Of a DNA stretch of 64,000 nucleotides, positions 8,329 to 18,338 are shown one piece after another. How positions within the stretch are numbered: the first letter of the stretch is position 1; every line of letters starts with the position of its first letter. Both the position numbers and the translations under genes were made by a program. Below the pieces are notes generated by a model. That model had not been told where the DNA came from and did not search any database. It saw only the letters and a list, made by a program, of their open reading frames with translations. The stretch lies in assembly GCA_964440235.1 (NCBI GenBank), contig CAYTQI010000001.1, forward strand, positions 31,444 to 95,443. The letters run 5' to 3'. The stretch comes from an uncultured Planctomycetia bacterium. Lineage in GTDB: Bacteria; Omnitrophota; Gorgyraeia; JABMRN01; RBG-13-46-9.

Positions 8329-9540
8329 CTATCTATTCCAACTTACTATCCTGGCCAGATCAACATCCGGGCCGAACTTCACGACCGGCATGGCGTGTGT
8401 ATACGTAATATAGGCGAAAAACTCCCACAAATTTATATCGCCCGAGCCCGCGATAATGACCCCATTGACGTCAACCCTTGCGCCTGTTTCCAGCACAACA
8501 AAATCGCTTTCCGCGTAAATAAGGGCTTCTTCGGCCTCAAGCTCCCCCCTCAATGAAACCCAGCCGCTTTTCCCGTAACCAATACGTATATCACCGGAAC
8601 GGCTCACTATAACGTTTTTGTCACCCGCTTTATGCTGCTGGAGCTTGCCTTCTCTTCTGCTAAACCAACCGGTCCTTACATCCTCTACAACGATCTCATC
8701 CGCCATCAAACCACCGTAGAGATGATTTGTGCCATGAAACGTGGCGGTTCCCTCAACATACACGACACCGTTTGCGGGATTTAGTGTTTTGTCGTCAAAA
8801 ATTTGATCGCCGGCGTAATAGTCCCCGGAATCGATTGCCTGATCGCGGTAATACCCATAATCAAATTCCGGAAAATTCACCGCCGCGTGGTTCCAATCGT
8901 GATGCGCGTCGTGGCCGCCCGAATATTGAACGCCGTCTACATTGATCCAGCTCAACCAACCCACCCTGATGTAAACCTGCGTATCATCATCAGTGGTGTA
9001 TGTGGCTGTTTCGGATACATCCATAAAACCCAAAAGAAGCCCCGTTCTTAACTGCACATTATTGTTGCCGTGGATACTTCCGTTTATGTCTGTTAAACTC
9101 GCGAAACCGGCGCGTATCCTGACATTGTTTCCGGCAGACATTATGTAATTCATCGCGCTCGGCGTAAGGTCTTCCACCTCCGCGGCGGCTGTTTTTGAAA
9201 TATTTTTCGCGCCGCCCGGGCCCTGCGTGAGGGTTCCGACGGAAGTCAAAAGTATTCGCCCGTCCGCCTGGGTAACAGTGACATTATATTCGCCGTCGCC
9301 AAGTCCCGCATTGAGTGGAAAAACAGAAAGGTCGAAATCGTCCGCGAGAGTGGCAACAGCCACGTTTATACCTGCCTCAGCTATATGCTGAGCTTCGGTA
9401 TTGTATCTAAGATACTGCACCGTGTGCATGTCCTGTAATAACATGTTGGAACCCGCCACCGCGATAAGAACCATAAGCATCGTAAGTATCATTACGATCA
9501 TGAATATCGTGCCTTTTTTGTCGCCGATAAATTTAAACAC
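8329..9540 (-). CDS. PilX_N-domain-like membrane-anchored protein, putative pilus-associated
   Basis: N-terminal TM followed by ...NTEAQHIAEAGINVA..., which resembles the PilX N-terminal domain signature (A..AAEAG). There is no Glu at +5, so it is not a processed prepilin. It lies within the minor-pilin cluster. Confidence 0.45.
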   Translation of the reverse strand: MFKFIGDKKGTIFMIVMILTMLMVLIAVAGSNMLLQDMHTVQYLRYNTEAQHIAEAGINVAVATLADDFDLSVFPLNAGLGDGEYNVTVTQADGRILLTSVGTLTQGPGGAKNISKTAAAEVEDLTPSAMNYIMSAGNNVRIRAGFASLTDINGSIHGNNNVQLRTGLLLGFMDVSETATYTTDDDTQVYIRVGWLSWINVDGVQYSGGHDAHHDWNHAAVNFPEFDYGYYRDQAIDSGDYYAGDQIFDDKTLNPANGVVYVEGTATFHGTNHLYGGLMADEIVVEDVRTGWFSRREGKLQQHKAGDKNVIVSRSGDIRIGYGKSGWVSLRGELEAEEALIYAESDFVVLETGARVDVNGVIIAGSGDINLWEFFAYITYTHAMPVVKFGPDVDLARIVSWNR

Positions 9541-9561
9541 GTCTAATCCGTTTCCATTGTT

Positions 9562-11862
9562 TTATTTACCCGTATTTCTCGGTTGGACCTCGGCCGTAAG
9601 CGACACTTCATTTGTGGTATCCGCAAGGTCTTCGGAAACATTTATTTTAAATTCCAGGCTCTTTTGAAGCAGTTGTCCGTCAATAGAGAGGCTAATAATT
9701 CCATAATTCGGTTTCTGAACAAAATAACCGCTTATTTCGCATACTTTCTCCGTACCCGGCCAGCTTATAGTAACGTTGTCTATCCATGGGCAATTAGCCG
9801 CCGGTGACAGCCACTCGCCGCAGGTAGCGCACGTCATGTTCCCGCTTTTATAGTCCGCGTCGGTTCTGGTAAAAAGCGGGTGATTGATGCACGTCCAGTA
9901 AGGCGTAGATGAAAGATTCGCTCTAAATTGCGCGTATCTTCCGTTGCCTATAGTTCCCCATTCACTGGCGTCTTGCATGTCATCGGTGTCGCTTGATCGG
10001 GCCTGGACAACTACACTTGAGCCTGCCGGCTCAAATTCCGTACGCCTTATCGTACCGTCGTAAGCGGGTGAGATAAGTTCCGTATCATATGACTCGGAAG
10101 TAATACTGCCTTCGCCCGACCAGACATCCAGGCTGGCCGTAACATAAGTATAACGCGAGGATGTGCAGTCATCCCCCTCGTCCGGCGGGTCAGGTAATTC
10201 GTCCGGCGGATTAAACAGGGCGCCTGTCCTGTCAACAGGAACGGCCCAATTATCATCGGAAGCATAATCGTCAAAATGCAGATATGAACCGGTGCCGGTT
10301 GCAACCGGCCAGTAACATACGTAAGCCTGAGCGGCACTGCTCTCAATATGGAAGGTAACAAGATAATCCTTCTGGTTATCAGGATCGATCGTAATCGGAT
10401 AAATGGCCCAATTCGAATATCTCGATTCCCCAAGCGGAATTATACCTCCCGGTTCAATATTGCCGTTACCGGTTTCAAGTATCACCCCGTTTGCGTCCAC
10501 GTTGAAAAAAAGTTGAACGCGCGTATTATTGGTGGCCGGAACAGCCGGATTATAAACAGGGTTATGCTCATTTCCCGAAGTGCCGTCCCGCTCATCGATA
10601 TACGCGGACGTGATCTTGAGGTAATTTATCGTAGGATCAAGCGGCGGGGACGGAAGCGGGGAATGACAGGCAAAATTTACCCTGACAAGATCCCCTTCAA
10701 GCGTAAGAGCTCCGTATGAAACAACGTTACGGACCGTGATATTGTTAAGCGGGTAAGGATTTCCCCCGGCATCATTATAATCTGTCTGTGCGACGCCTGT
10801 CTGATCGTCCGCCTGCCAGGTAGTTTCAATTCCCTCATCCTGAAGGAAATTTGGTAATTTTACATACAGGTCATCACCGGTAAGAATAGTGTTTTCCCTC
10901 TGGGATACCCCGCGCCAATTTGATTCCCGCCACAGGTCATAATACATCCTGAAAGTAACAAAATCACTCACAGCGCCTGAACTGAACTCAAAATAATTTT
11001 TTCCGCTCCAGGTTTCATCCGGCCCCACTTTTGAACTTACGCCTCCGTCCGAGCCGGCAACTGTATCAAGTAAATCATTGTGATTAACGCAGACCTCCAT
11101 TTCTCTGGCAGAACCGCTCGGCGTGATGGAAAGCGAGTCTATGCCCATAGCGAAACCGGAGGAATCCTCATCCTTACCGATCACCTCAAATGTCAGGTCG
11201 TGATAACCCGGCGCGAGATTAATACAACCAAAGCTTACGTTTGTTCTTTTGATATCGGGGCTGTATCCGTTAAAACCAAGGGCTTTCGGAGACACGCTAA
11301 AATCGATTGTCTGGCGTGAACGTTCAGTTTCCGAACGCGGTAAAAATTTATCATCAGTGACAGAGTTCGCGGCGTTTTCAGCCGCGGAGCCGTCTCCGTT
11401 TTCAACGACGCTGGCAAGCTGCGCCTCTCTCCTCGCGCTATCCATTATTATGTCGTGATTGTTGGTAAACACCGTTCTTCGCAACTCTTTATTTCCAGTC
11501 TCATCATTCTCGTACAGGTGATAAAGAACGCTTGTATCCCAGTATATGTTTTCTCCGTCCAGTGCAAAAAATCCGTTTTCATCGGCTTGCGCGAGTGGTA
11601 AGCTTAAGCCTTCATAGGTAACAGCGTCATCCGGATAACCGCTTGTGTAGGTCGCGCTCGAGAGCCTGGCGTCTGATTTAATGCGCTCCATCGCTACTTC
11701 TAAATTGGCGCGCATTCTGGTCCTTACATTCTCGACTGACCAGTTTTTATACGCAAAATACCACATCCCGATAACGGTTGCTGTTAAAAAAGCGCTTATC
11801 GCGACGGCCATAAGAACCTCTGGTATCGTAAAGCCGCTAGAGCGTAGCGTGTTCCTGCTCAT
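9562..11862 (-). CDS. Giant pilin-like protein (766 aa) with a prepilin-type N-terminal cleavage/methylation domain. Putative minor pilin or tip adhesin
   Basis: N-terminus ...RSSGFTIPEVLMAVAISAFL has the G/FTIPE class-III signal with Glu+5. A large, Asp/Asn/Gly/Thr-rich, extracellular-looking domain with several Cys follows. It sits between a PilV-like pilin and the PilX_N-like protein. Confidence 0.6.
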   Translation of the reverse strand: MSRNTLRSSGFTIPEVLMAVAISAFLTATVIGMWYFAYKNWSVENVRTRMRANLEVAMERIKSDARLSSATYTSGYPDDAVTYEGLSLPLAQADENGFFALDGENIYWDTSVLYHLYENDETGNKELRRTVFTNNHDIIMDSARREAQLASVVENGDGSAAENAANSVTDDKFLPRSETERSRQTIDFSVSPKALGFNGYSPDIKRTNVSFGCINLAPGYHDLTFEVIGKDEDSSGFAMGIDSLSITPSGSAREMEVCVNHNDLLDTVAGSDGGVSSKVGPDETWSGKNYFEFSSGAVSDFVTFRMYYDLWRESNWRGVSQRENTILTGDDLYVKLPNFLQDEGIETTWQADDQTGVAQTDYNDAGGNPYPLNNITVRNVVSYGALTLEGDLVRVNFACHSPLPSPPLDPTINYLKITSAYIDERDGTSGNEHNPVYNPAVPATNNTRVQLFFNVDANGVILETGNGNIEPGGIIPLGESRYSNWAIYPITIDPDNQKDYLVTFHIESSAAQAYVCYWPVATGTGSYLHFDDYASDDNWAVPVDRTGALFNPPDELPDPPDEGDDCTSSRYTYVTASLDVWSGEGSITSESYDTELISPAYDGTIRRTEFEPAGSSVVVQARSSDTDDMQDASEWGTIGNGRYAQFRANLSSTPYWTCINHPLFTRTDADYKSGNMTCATCGEWLSPAANCPWIDNVTISWPGTEKVCEISGYFVQKPNYGIISLSIDGQLLQKSLEFKINVSEDLADTTNEVSLTAEVQPRNTGK

Positions 11863-11870
11863 GGTAAACC

Positions 11871-12323
11871 TTATTCTTCCTCCTCTTTCATCTTCACAAA
11901 AACCGTGCTCATGTTTATGGTATAGGGAACCTTGCTCTGCTTATATTCATAAGTGAGATTAACGTCAACCTTCGTCAATCGCTCACTTCCCGTATATCCG
12001 GTTGTAATCGTTGTTGAGCGTATAAAATCCCCGTTTTCATCCGGCACGCCATTTTGATCGAAGTGAGCCTCATCCTCTCCGAAACGCTCGTCCGTTACCG
12101 AATCAAATCCGTTTACATCGATGTAACCCCGTATCCTTTCTATCCTGCTTTTCGCGAGATTCGTGGCGACATATTCATAATCAGTCCTCCGGGATATATC
12201 TACGATCTGGACAAATGTAAAAAGAACCCCTGAGAGGACAACGCCGATTATGACCGCTGAAAACAGCACTTCCACAAGGGTAACGCCGCGGGGGGGATTA
12301 ATCGAAATGGATATCTTCGACAT
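11871..12323 (-). CDS. Minor pilin, PilV/GspI-like
   Basis: ...PPRGVTLVEVLFSAVIIGVVLSGVLF prepilin N-terminus (G/VTLVE, Glu+5). 150 aa. Confidence 0.6.
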   Translation of the reverse strand: MSKISISINPPRGVTLVEVLFSAVIIGVVLSGVLFTFVQIVDISRRTDYEYVATNLAKSRIERIRGYIDVNGFDSVTDERFGEDEAHFDQNGVPDENGDFIRSTTITTGYTGSERLTKVDVNLTYEYKQSKVPYTINMSTVFVKMKEEEE

Positions 12324-13782
12324 GGAGTTTTGAATCGCTCCTTACCGTTATCTTTTTTCTGAACCTTCTTTCAAGATTGCGCAGGACATCCCTAAATGAC
12401 GTCTCTAGGTAATTACTCACGTCTGAATGAAGTGTAAGCGTTATCTCCCGGGAACGCCTCTCGCACAGGGCCCTGCGCAGTCGCCGGATCGTTTCAATCG
12501 CGATGGTGGCCGGGGTTTTAACGCGCCCCATTCCTGTGCAGTACGGGCACTCCTTGAAGGAAACGCTTTCCACTGTTTTCCGTATTCTCTGCCTGGTCAT
12601 CTCAATCAGGCCTATCGGGGAAATCGCCAGAATTTTTATTTTGGCCTTATCTTTTTTGAAAGCGGCCTCAAGCACGCCAAGCACTTCTTTTCTGTGCGGG
12701 CGCTCATTCATATCTATGAAGTCTATAACAATAATACCGCCGATATTGCGCAACATCACCTGCCGCGCAATTTCCCTCGCCGCTTCAATGTTTGTCTTGA
12801 AAGCCGTTTCCTCCGGATTTTTTTTACCCGTAAATTTCCCGGTATTTACGTCTATCGCGACAAGGCCTTCGGTCTGTTCGATTACGATAGAGCCCCCGTT
12901 TTTCAAGATCACTTTTCTGCGGAAAATTTCCTCTATGCGTCCTTCAATGCCGTATTTTTCGAATAACGGAATTTTCCCCCCGTAATAAAAAATTTTGCGC
13001 CTCAGGTTCGAACGTATCGAATGAATAAAACGGCATATCTTGCGGTACTCTTCTTTTGAATCCACCAGAATCTTCTCGATATGCTCGTCGGAGTAATCGC
13101 GTATTATCCTGAGGGGAACGTCATATTCCTCGAAAATACAGGAAGGGGCTTTTTGTTTTTCGGCGCGGCGCTGTATGCGCGTCCAAAGGCCCGAGAGATA
13201 CCGCAATTCCAGGCGCAGCTGCCGCTGGCTAGCGTCTGAAGATTCGGTTCGCGCTATGCAACCCGATCCCTTTGGCAATGCGAGCTGTCCGAGTATTTCT
13301 TTGAGCCGGGATCTTTGGCCCCTGTCTTCGACCCGCTTTGAAATCCCTATTGTATCGCTGAATGGCACAAAAACAAGGTATTTCCCGGGAAGGCTTATAT
13401 CGGTCGTAAGGAGGGGGCCCTTTGAACCGATCGGCTCTTTCACGACCTGAACAAAAAGTTCCTGCCCTTTCTTCGGCGTGCTTCGGCGCGTTCCCCTGTC
13501 TATTTCCGCGCGTTTTTTTTCCAGAACAACTTCTTCGTCCAAAAATGAATGCGCGCGGTTTTCCTCCGCGTCCTTTATATACAAAAATCCATTTTTACCG
13601 GTCCCTATATTTACAAAAAGCGCGCCTATGCCCGGCACGACAGATTCGATGACCCCTTTGTAAATATTTCCTGCCAGGCGCTGCTGGCCTGTCCTTTCCA
13701 CAAGAAATTCCTCAAGCCCGCCCCGGCCGGTAATAGCCACCCTTTTCTCAAAAGGCTCGACATTGATTAAAATTTGTTTCAT
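12298..13782 (-). CDS. rng: Ribonuclease G (RNase E/G family)
   Basis: 494 aa. N-terminal S1 domain (GNIYKGVIESVVPGIGALFVNIG) and the RNase E/G catalytic core (DVN, DFIDM). The start overlaps the pilQ stop (ATGA). Confidence 0.8.
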   Translation of the reverse strand: MKQILINVEPFEKRVAITGRGGLEEFLVERTGQQRLAGNIYKGVIESVVPGIGALFVNIGTGKNGFLYIKDAEENRAHSFLDEEVVLEKKRAEIDRGTRRSTPKKGQELFVQVVKEPIGSKGPLLTTDISLPGKYLVFVPFSDTIGISKRVEDRGQRSRLKEILGQLALPKGSGCIARTESSDASQRQLRLELRYLSGLWTRIQRRAEKQKAPSCIFEEYDVPLRIIRDYSDEHIEKILVDSKEEYRKICRFIHSIRSNLRRKIFYYGGKIPLFEKYGIEGRIEEIFRRKVILKNGGSIVIEQTEGLVAIDVNTGKFTGKKNPEETAFKTNIEAAREIARQVMLRNIGGIIVIDFIDMNERPHRKEVLGVLEAAFKKDKAKIKILAISPIGLIEMTRQRIRKTVESVSFKECPYCTGMGRVKTPATIAIETIRRLRRALCERRSREITLTLHSDVSNYLETSFRDVLRNLERRFRKKITVRSDSKLHVEDIHFD

Positions 13783-15473
13783 TTCTTATTTTTCCGGAAA
13801 TCAAACAGTGGTCTGGATTTCGCTTTTTTTTCGAATGGAATTAATTTTGACATTTTATCTTTCTCAACATTTCCGGCGTTAATAACTTCAACGGGCGGCA
13901 TCTGGTCTCTCACTTCCCCGTCTAAATCCTCCGCTTCCTCCAGGTCCAGAACCAAATCAGACAGATCCCTGGTGGCGAATTTCTTCAATGCATCCAGGTC
14001 CTTAATGATATGTACCGTCATAAAAAAAACAAGTTCAACCTTCTCCCTTGTTTCGGTTTTATATTTAAAAATCGGGCCGATAACGGGAAAGTCGCCGATA
14101 AGGTCCCCTAAAATCGGGAATTTTTTGTCGTATTCTTTCAGATTCTCCTTTATTAAACCCCCTATAAAAATGGTTTCGGCGTCCCTCATCATTACCTGTG
14201 TTTCCGCTTCCCTGGTAGAGAAAACCGGAAGCCAGAAATATTCCGTTATGTACTGCTGTCCGATCACGTCTTTGATCTCGGGCTTTACCTCTACCTCAAT
14301 GTCACCGTTCGCGTTTATGTGCGGTGTTACCATCAGGCGTATGCCTATCTCCTCTTTTTCTATTTCATATGTCCACCTTTCCTGGCCGCCCGTATCCTGT
14401 TTTTGCTCTATCTCGGAAATATAATTAAACACCTTGCCCACAAACATCTTGGCCGGTTTATTGTTAAGCGTAGTTATCCGGGGGCTTGAGATTATATCTG
14501 TATCGGACCTTGTTTTTAAATATTCCATAACCGCGCCAAACTGCGAAAAATCAAGTGTACCGTATGTAAATTGATCCGCTTCTACAAAAGGAAACTCAAA
14601 TATGCCGCCATCCCTTGTGGTTGGATAATCGCTCGGTGTGTCCTGCCCTACCGTGCCGCTAACAGGGTCTGTTGTTGATGACAATCCCGCTGTTTGGCCA
14701 AACGGGAAAAACCTGTCAAGTGCGCGCGGAAGAAGTATATCTTCCGTATTCCAGTGCGCGAAAGGAAATGTTACAGGCCTTTTCGCGCCGGAGGCGGAAA
14801 TTACCAGGTTCCAGTTTATACCCAGCCTCTCCTCGTCGCCAAGCACGGTCTCGATGATCTTCGCCTCTATCATGATTTGCGGAGTTTTCCTGTCAAGCGA
14901 GCGGATTATCTGCTTTATTTTGTAAATATTCGTCGCGAGATCCGTTACCACGATAGCGTTAATTCTCGCGTCATAGGTAAGCTTGCCCCTGTCCGTTAAC
15001 ATGTCTTTTACGGCTTCCTGAGCGTCTTCGGCGTTTGTGTAATTAAGCGGGACAACCTCGGTTGAAAGCTCCTCCATCTTTAGGCTGTTCAGGGTTACAA
15101 CCCTTATGATTCCGCCTTCGCGTTCATAGGCAAATCCGTAATTTTTAACGATTATATCAAGCGCTACCTCCCATGGTTTATCCGTCAGTTTCAGCGTTAC
15201 GGCGCCTGTTACATCGGGTGCCGGAACAATATCGACCCCGCTCACCTCGGAAAGGTAGTTTAAAACGGCCCTTATGTCCGCGCCTTTGAAATCAACGGTT
15301 ACGTTGCCCGGTTTAACATAAACCGCGGCGTTATCCTGGCCTATCGCGGCAACGTCGTTTTTCACCACGTTTGCCGGCGGCGCTGTCTCCTGAGAATAGG
15401 AGCGTACCGTTGTAAAAACAATCGCTAAAAAAACACCTGCCGCGATAGCCGTAATGGTGTTCCTCTTAGTCAT
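13779..15473 (-). CDS. pilQ: Type IV pilus secretin PilQ
   Basis: Signal peptide, N0/Secretin_N-like repeats (VTLKLTDKPWEVALDII...), C-terminal secretin domain (IMIEAKIIET...LGINW... PILGDLIGDFP...F). It follows pilMNOP. Confidence 0.85.
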   Translation of the reverse strand: MTKRNTITAIAAGVFLAIVFTTVRSYSQETAPPANVVKNDVAAIGQDNAAVYVKPGNVTVDFKGADIRAVLNYLSEVSGVDIVPAPDVTGAVTLKLTDKPWEVALDIIVKNYGFAYEREGGIIRVVTLNSLKMEELSTEVVPLNYTNAEDAQEAVKDMLTDRGKLTYDARINAIVVTDLATNIYKIKQIIRSLDRKTPQIMIEAKIIETVLGDEERLGINWNLVISASGAKRPVTFPFAHWNTEDILLPRALDRFFPFGQTAGLSSTTDPVSGTVGQDTPSDYPTTRDGGIFEFPFVEADQFTYGTLDFSQFGAVMEYLKTRSDTDIISSPRITTLNNKPAKMFVGKVFNYISEIEQKQDTGGQERWTYEIEKEEIGIRLMVTPHINANGDIEVEVKPEIKDVIGQQYITEYFWLPVFSTREAETQVMMRDAETIFIGGLIKENLKEYDKKFPILGDLIGDFPVIGPIFKYKTETREKVELVFFMTVHIIKDLDALKKFATRDLSDLVLDLEEAEDLDGEVRDQMPPVEVINAGNVEKDKMSKLIPFEKKAKSRPLFDFRKNKK

Positions 15474-15488
15474 TTCGCCCCCCTTTTT

Positions 15489-15890
15489 TTAGTTGTCTTT
15501 TTTGCTATAAAGATCAAGCCTGTATTCCTCTTCGTCAATTGTTAAAATCACGCTGTCTTTCAAAATTTTTTTTACCGTCAGACGCCCTCCGCCCTCGCCT
15601 TCTCTTACCATTTCGCTGTTTATGATCACGGCTTTTTTGCCGGTAGAGTCAAACGCTATCCCCTGGAGGCTTACATCATCAACGCTGAGAATGTCCTCTA
15701 GGGAATTAACCTTTGCTGATGTAACGCCTAAGAGCGGAACAAACGGATCACGCTTGCCGCCGTGATCATAGACATATGGCTCATTTTTTCTTTCTTTTTC
15801 ATCAGAAAGAGCTTTCCCATTCTCGGCATATGCCGCTGGCGCGCCGCTCAGTAAAAAAAGAATTGCCGTTATTAAAAAACCTGTCTTCAT
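15489..15890 (-). CDS. pilP: Type IV pilus assembly protein PilP (start set at the internal Met MKTGFLI...)
   Basis: Signal peptide followed by the conserved ...KRDPFVPL... PilP motif. Position between pilO and pilQ. The listed ORF start at 15944 would overlap pilO by 47 nt. Confidence 0.6.
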   Translation of the reverse strand: MKTGFLITAILFLLSGAPAAYAENGKALSDEKERKNEPYVYDHGGKRDPFVPLLGVTSAKVNSLEDILSVDDVSLQGIAFDSTGKKAVIINSEMVREGEGGGRLTVKKILKDSVILTIDEEEYRLDLYSKKDN

Positions 15891-15897
15891 GCGCTCC

Positions 15898-16500
15898 TTA
15901 TGTCTGCTTCTCAAACGTGAATACATATACGATAAATTCAGCATCGTGCCTTTTGGGGTTGAAGCTGTTTGATTTTATTTTTATGTCCGAAACCTGCATA
16001 TAGCGGTCATCATTTTCCAGCCTGTTTATGAAAGTGCCCAGCTCGTGATAACCGCTCTGGGCTTTTATCTCTATCGGAACCTCCTGATAAATATTTTCCG
16101 CGGATATGCCTTTCTCTTTTTTTTCAACCGGGGTTATGCTTAATATTTTAACACGCGAACTCCTGGCAAGGCGCGAGAAACTCTCCAGAAGCATCGGTAT
16201 TTCTTTCTCCCGTGAAAGCTTCTTCTCATAACGGCCCAACTTTTGACGCAGGGCTCCCAGATTCCTTTTGAAACGATCTTCAAAATCCAGGTCGTTACGC
16301 ACTTCTTTTATCTCAGCGCGTAATTTATGCGCTTGCGGCACCAGCTCAAAGAGCTTTCCGATACTCGGTTTTAAAAAAAAGAAAAAATAAACAAGGAAAA
16401 CAACGAGAAGCGAAGAAGCGTAGATAAGAAGCACCTTCTTTTTCCCCTCATCCAGCTCAAAAACGGGAAGGGTTTTAAGTAATTCCTGCAAAGAAGGCAT
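15898..16500 (-). CDS. pilO: Type IV pilus assembly protein PilO
   Basis: Single N-terminal TM, coiled-coil region and a C-terminal PilO-like fold. The pilM-N-O-P-Q order is conserved. Confidence 0.7.
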   Translation of the reverse strand: MPSLQELLKTLPVFELDEGKKKVLLIYASSLLVVFLVYFFFFLKPSIGKLFELVPQAHKLRAEIKEVRNDLDFEDRFKRNLGALRQKLGRYEKKLSREKEIPMLLESFSRLARSSRVKILSITPVEKKEKGISAENIYQEVPIEIKAQSGYHELGTFINRLENDDRYMQVSDIKIKSNSFNPKRHDAEFIVYVFTFEKQT

Positions 16501-17196
16501 TTATTCTTCCTTTCCCCGCGACCGGCGTTCGCAGGCCAGGGTAAAATTCATTACATCCCTTTCTTCGACCACGCTTTTTTTCATGGAAACAAGCTCTACA
16601 TCCGCGAAATCCCGAAAGAAATCCCTGTTATCCTTTAACGAACGTATAAATCGCGCTACGTTCGCGGTTGTTTCCTCGCCCAACCCCGTCGCAAACCCGG
16701 ATATGGTAAGCATCCCTCCGCTCGGCTGCGCCTGTTTGGCCGCGTCCGGCCTGGCACGTTTTTTTGAATTTTTTTTCGCCGAGGTGGGCCGTTGTTTTTT
16801 TTGATTTCGCGCCGGTATTTTTCTGTTTTTTTCTTCGCAGACAAGTTCTGTTATCCAGATATTTGGGGTCAGGCTGTTGCTTAATTCATTAAGCAGGCGG
16901 GCCCAGTTGGGCTGCTCCTCTATGAGGCCGTCAATAGCGCTGGTCACCCTGGTCCCGGATGCTATCTCGCGCTTTATCTTGTCTAATTCCGCTTTCTTCG
17001 GAGCTAGGTTCTTCCAGGTTTTTTCCAGGCCGGTAAGCTGTTTTCTGCTTATGAATAAAAGCCCGCTGAGAAATAGTTGTATAAGAATAAGCGCGCCGAT
17101 AAAACAGGCCAGGATCGGAATAATAGGAATTTCGGGAAGCGCAAGCTTCTTTCTTTTCTTTTTAAATTCCCTGGGCAGCAGATTTAATTCTATCAT
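16501..17196 (-). CDS. pilN: Type IV pilus assembly protein PilN, with a basic low-complexity insert
   Basis: Canonical PilN N-terminus MIELNLLPRE (INLLP motif) then a TM helix. A Lys/Arg-rich segment (KKQRPTSAKKNSKKRARPDAAK) is inserted before the C-terminal domain. Confidence 0.8.
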   Translation of the reverse strand: MIELNLLPREFKKKRKKLALPEIPIIPILACFIGALILIQLFLSGLLFISRKQLTGLEKTWKNLAPKKAELDKIKREIASGTRVTSAIDGLIEEQPNWARLLNELSNSLTPNIWITELVCEEKNRKIPARNQKKQRPTSAKKNSKKRARPDAAKQAQPSGGMLTISGFATGLGEETTANVARFIRSLKDNRDFFRDFADVELVSMKKSVVEERDVMNFTLACERRSRGKEE

Positions 17197-18212
17197 TTCC
17201 TGATTGCAAGGCCCGCCGCAACACCAAATTGCACCCCGGCCTTCTCCGTGAGGCCGGCGTCTATCTCGGGGCCTTTTTCAAATTTTGAAAGCGGGTTCCA
17301 TGTCGAGACTTTTGTTTCAAAGCTCTCTTCCAGAGAATTCAGAATTCCGGGAAAGCGCGAAACTCCGCCCGACACGTAAATCTCGTCAACACCCTTTCCG
17401 TACTGATTTTCATAATAACCAAAAGAAAGTCGCAGTTCATCGGCAAGGCTTCTCAAAACAGGCCGGACCGCTTCTATGACCTGGTCCGATTTTTCGCCGG
17501 GGTCAAATATGAATTTATCCGAATCTTTTTCTTCTATCCGGAAAGCTTGTGAAATTGCTTTAGCCATGTCCGCGCCCGCGATTTGTATGTCCCTGGTAAA
17601 AAAGGGCTTCGTGCCCCGGGCGATCACCACATTTGTATGCGTATGGCCAATGTTAAGAAGTACCGTGCTTCTGGATTCATCCGAAGGCCCGTTCGATTTG
17701 CAAAACGCGTTAAAACAGGCAAAGCTGTCGATATCGATTAACGACACCGAAAAACCCGACTGCTTCAGCATTTCAAGAGTGGAATTAACAATGTTTTTCT
17801 TCGCTGCGGCGAGAAGCACTCGCATCTGGTTTTTGTCATCAGCCGCCGCATCAAGTATGCACGCGTCTATGAAGACTTCATTGATATTAAAGGGGATATA
17901 TTTTTCCGCTTCAAAATTGAGAGAATTCATGAGGTCGTTCTCTTTCATATTAGGCATGGTAATGAATCTTACGATGGCCGCGGGCGCGGAAAGCGAGATG
18001 CTAACCTCGTTGGTAGCCGGTTTGAACGATTCCGATAGCTTCGCAAGGGCCTTGGCTGTATTTTCCGGCGTGGCGGGTAATGCTATCTCTGCTAGATTTA
18101 TTTTTGTGATTCGGGAGATTTCGTTTTCCGAAGATAATTCGAGAGCCTTGATAAGCCGAGTGCCTATATCCAAACCGACGCGAACTACTTTTACCGGCGC
18201 TTTATTTTTCAT
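17193..18212 (-). CDS. pilM: Type IV pilus assembly ATPase-like protein PilM (actin fold)
   Basis: VGLDIGTRLIKALEL... actin/FtsA-like phosphate-1 motif and PilM-like length. The stop overlaps the pilN start (ATGA). Confidence 0.85.
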   Translation of the reverse strand: MKNKAPVKVVRVGLDIGTRLIKALELSSENEISRITKINLAEIALPATPENTAKALAKLSESFKPATNEVSISLSAPAAIVRFITMPNMKENDLMNSLNFEAEKYIPFNINEVFIDACILDAAADDKNQMRVLLAAAKKNIVNSTLEMLKQSGFSVSLIDIDSFACFNAFCKSNGPSDESRSTVLLNIGHTHTNVVIARGTKPFFTRDIQIAGADMAKAISQAFRIEEKDSDKFIFDPGEKSDQVIEAVRPVLRSLADELRLSFGYYENQYGKGVDEIYVSGGVSRFPGILNSLEESFETKVSTWNPLSKFEKGPEIDAGLTEKAGVQFGVAAGLAIRK

Positions 18213-18232
18213 ACATATTATATGCTATCACG

Positions 18233-18261
18233 AGAATAGCACATGAGGGGGTATTTGTCAA
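18233..18261 (-). promoter_or_regulatory. Sigma-70-like promoter upstream of pilM: -35 TTGACA (18261..18256), 17-nt spacer, extended -10 TGcTATTCT (18238..18233)
   Basis: Read directly. About 20 nt upstream of pilM ATG 18212. Confidence 0.4.
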
Positions 18262-18338
18262 GCCTATCCATGAAAAAGTGTAATGAAATCGTGATAGGAA
18301 TCTGGGCTGGCTGTTAAATACGAGGCGAAATAATTTTC

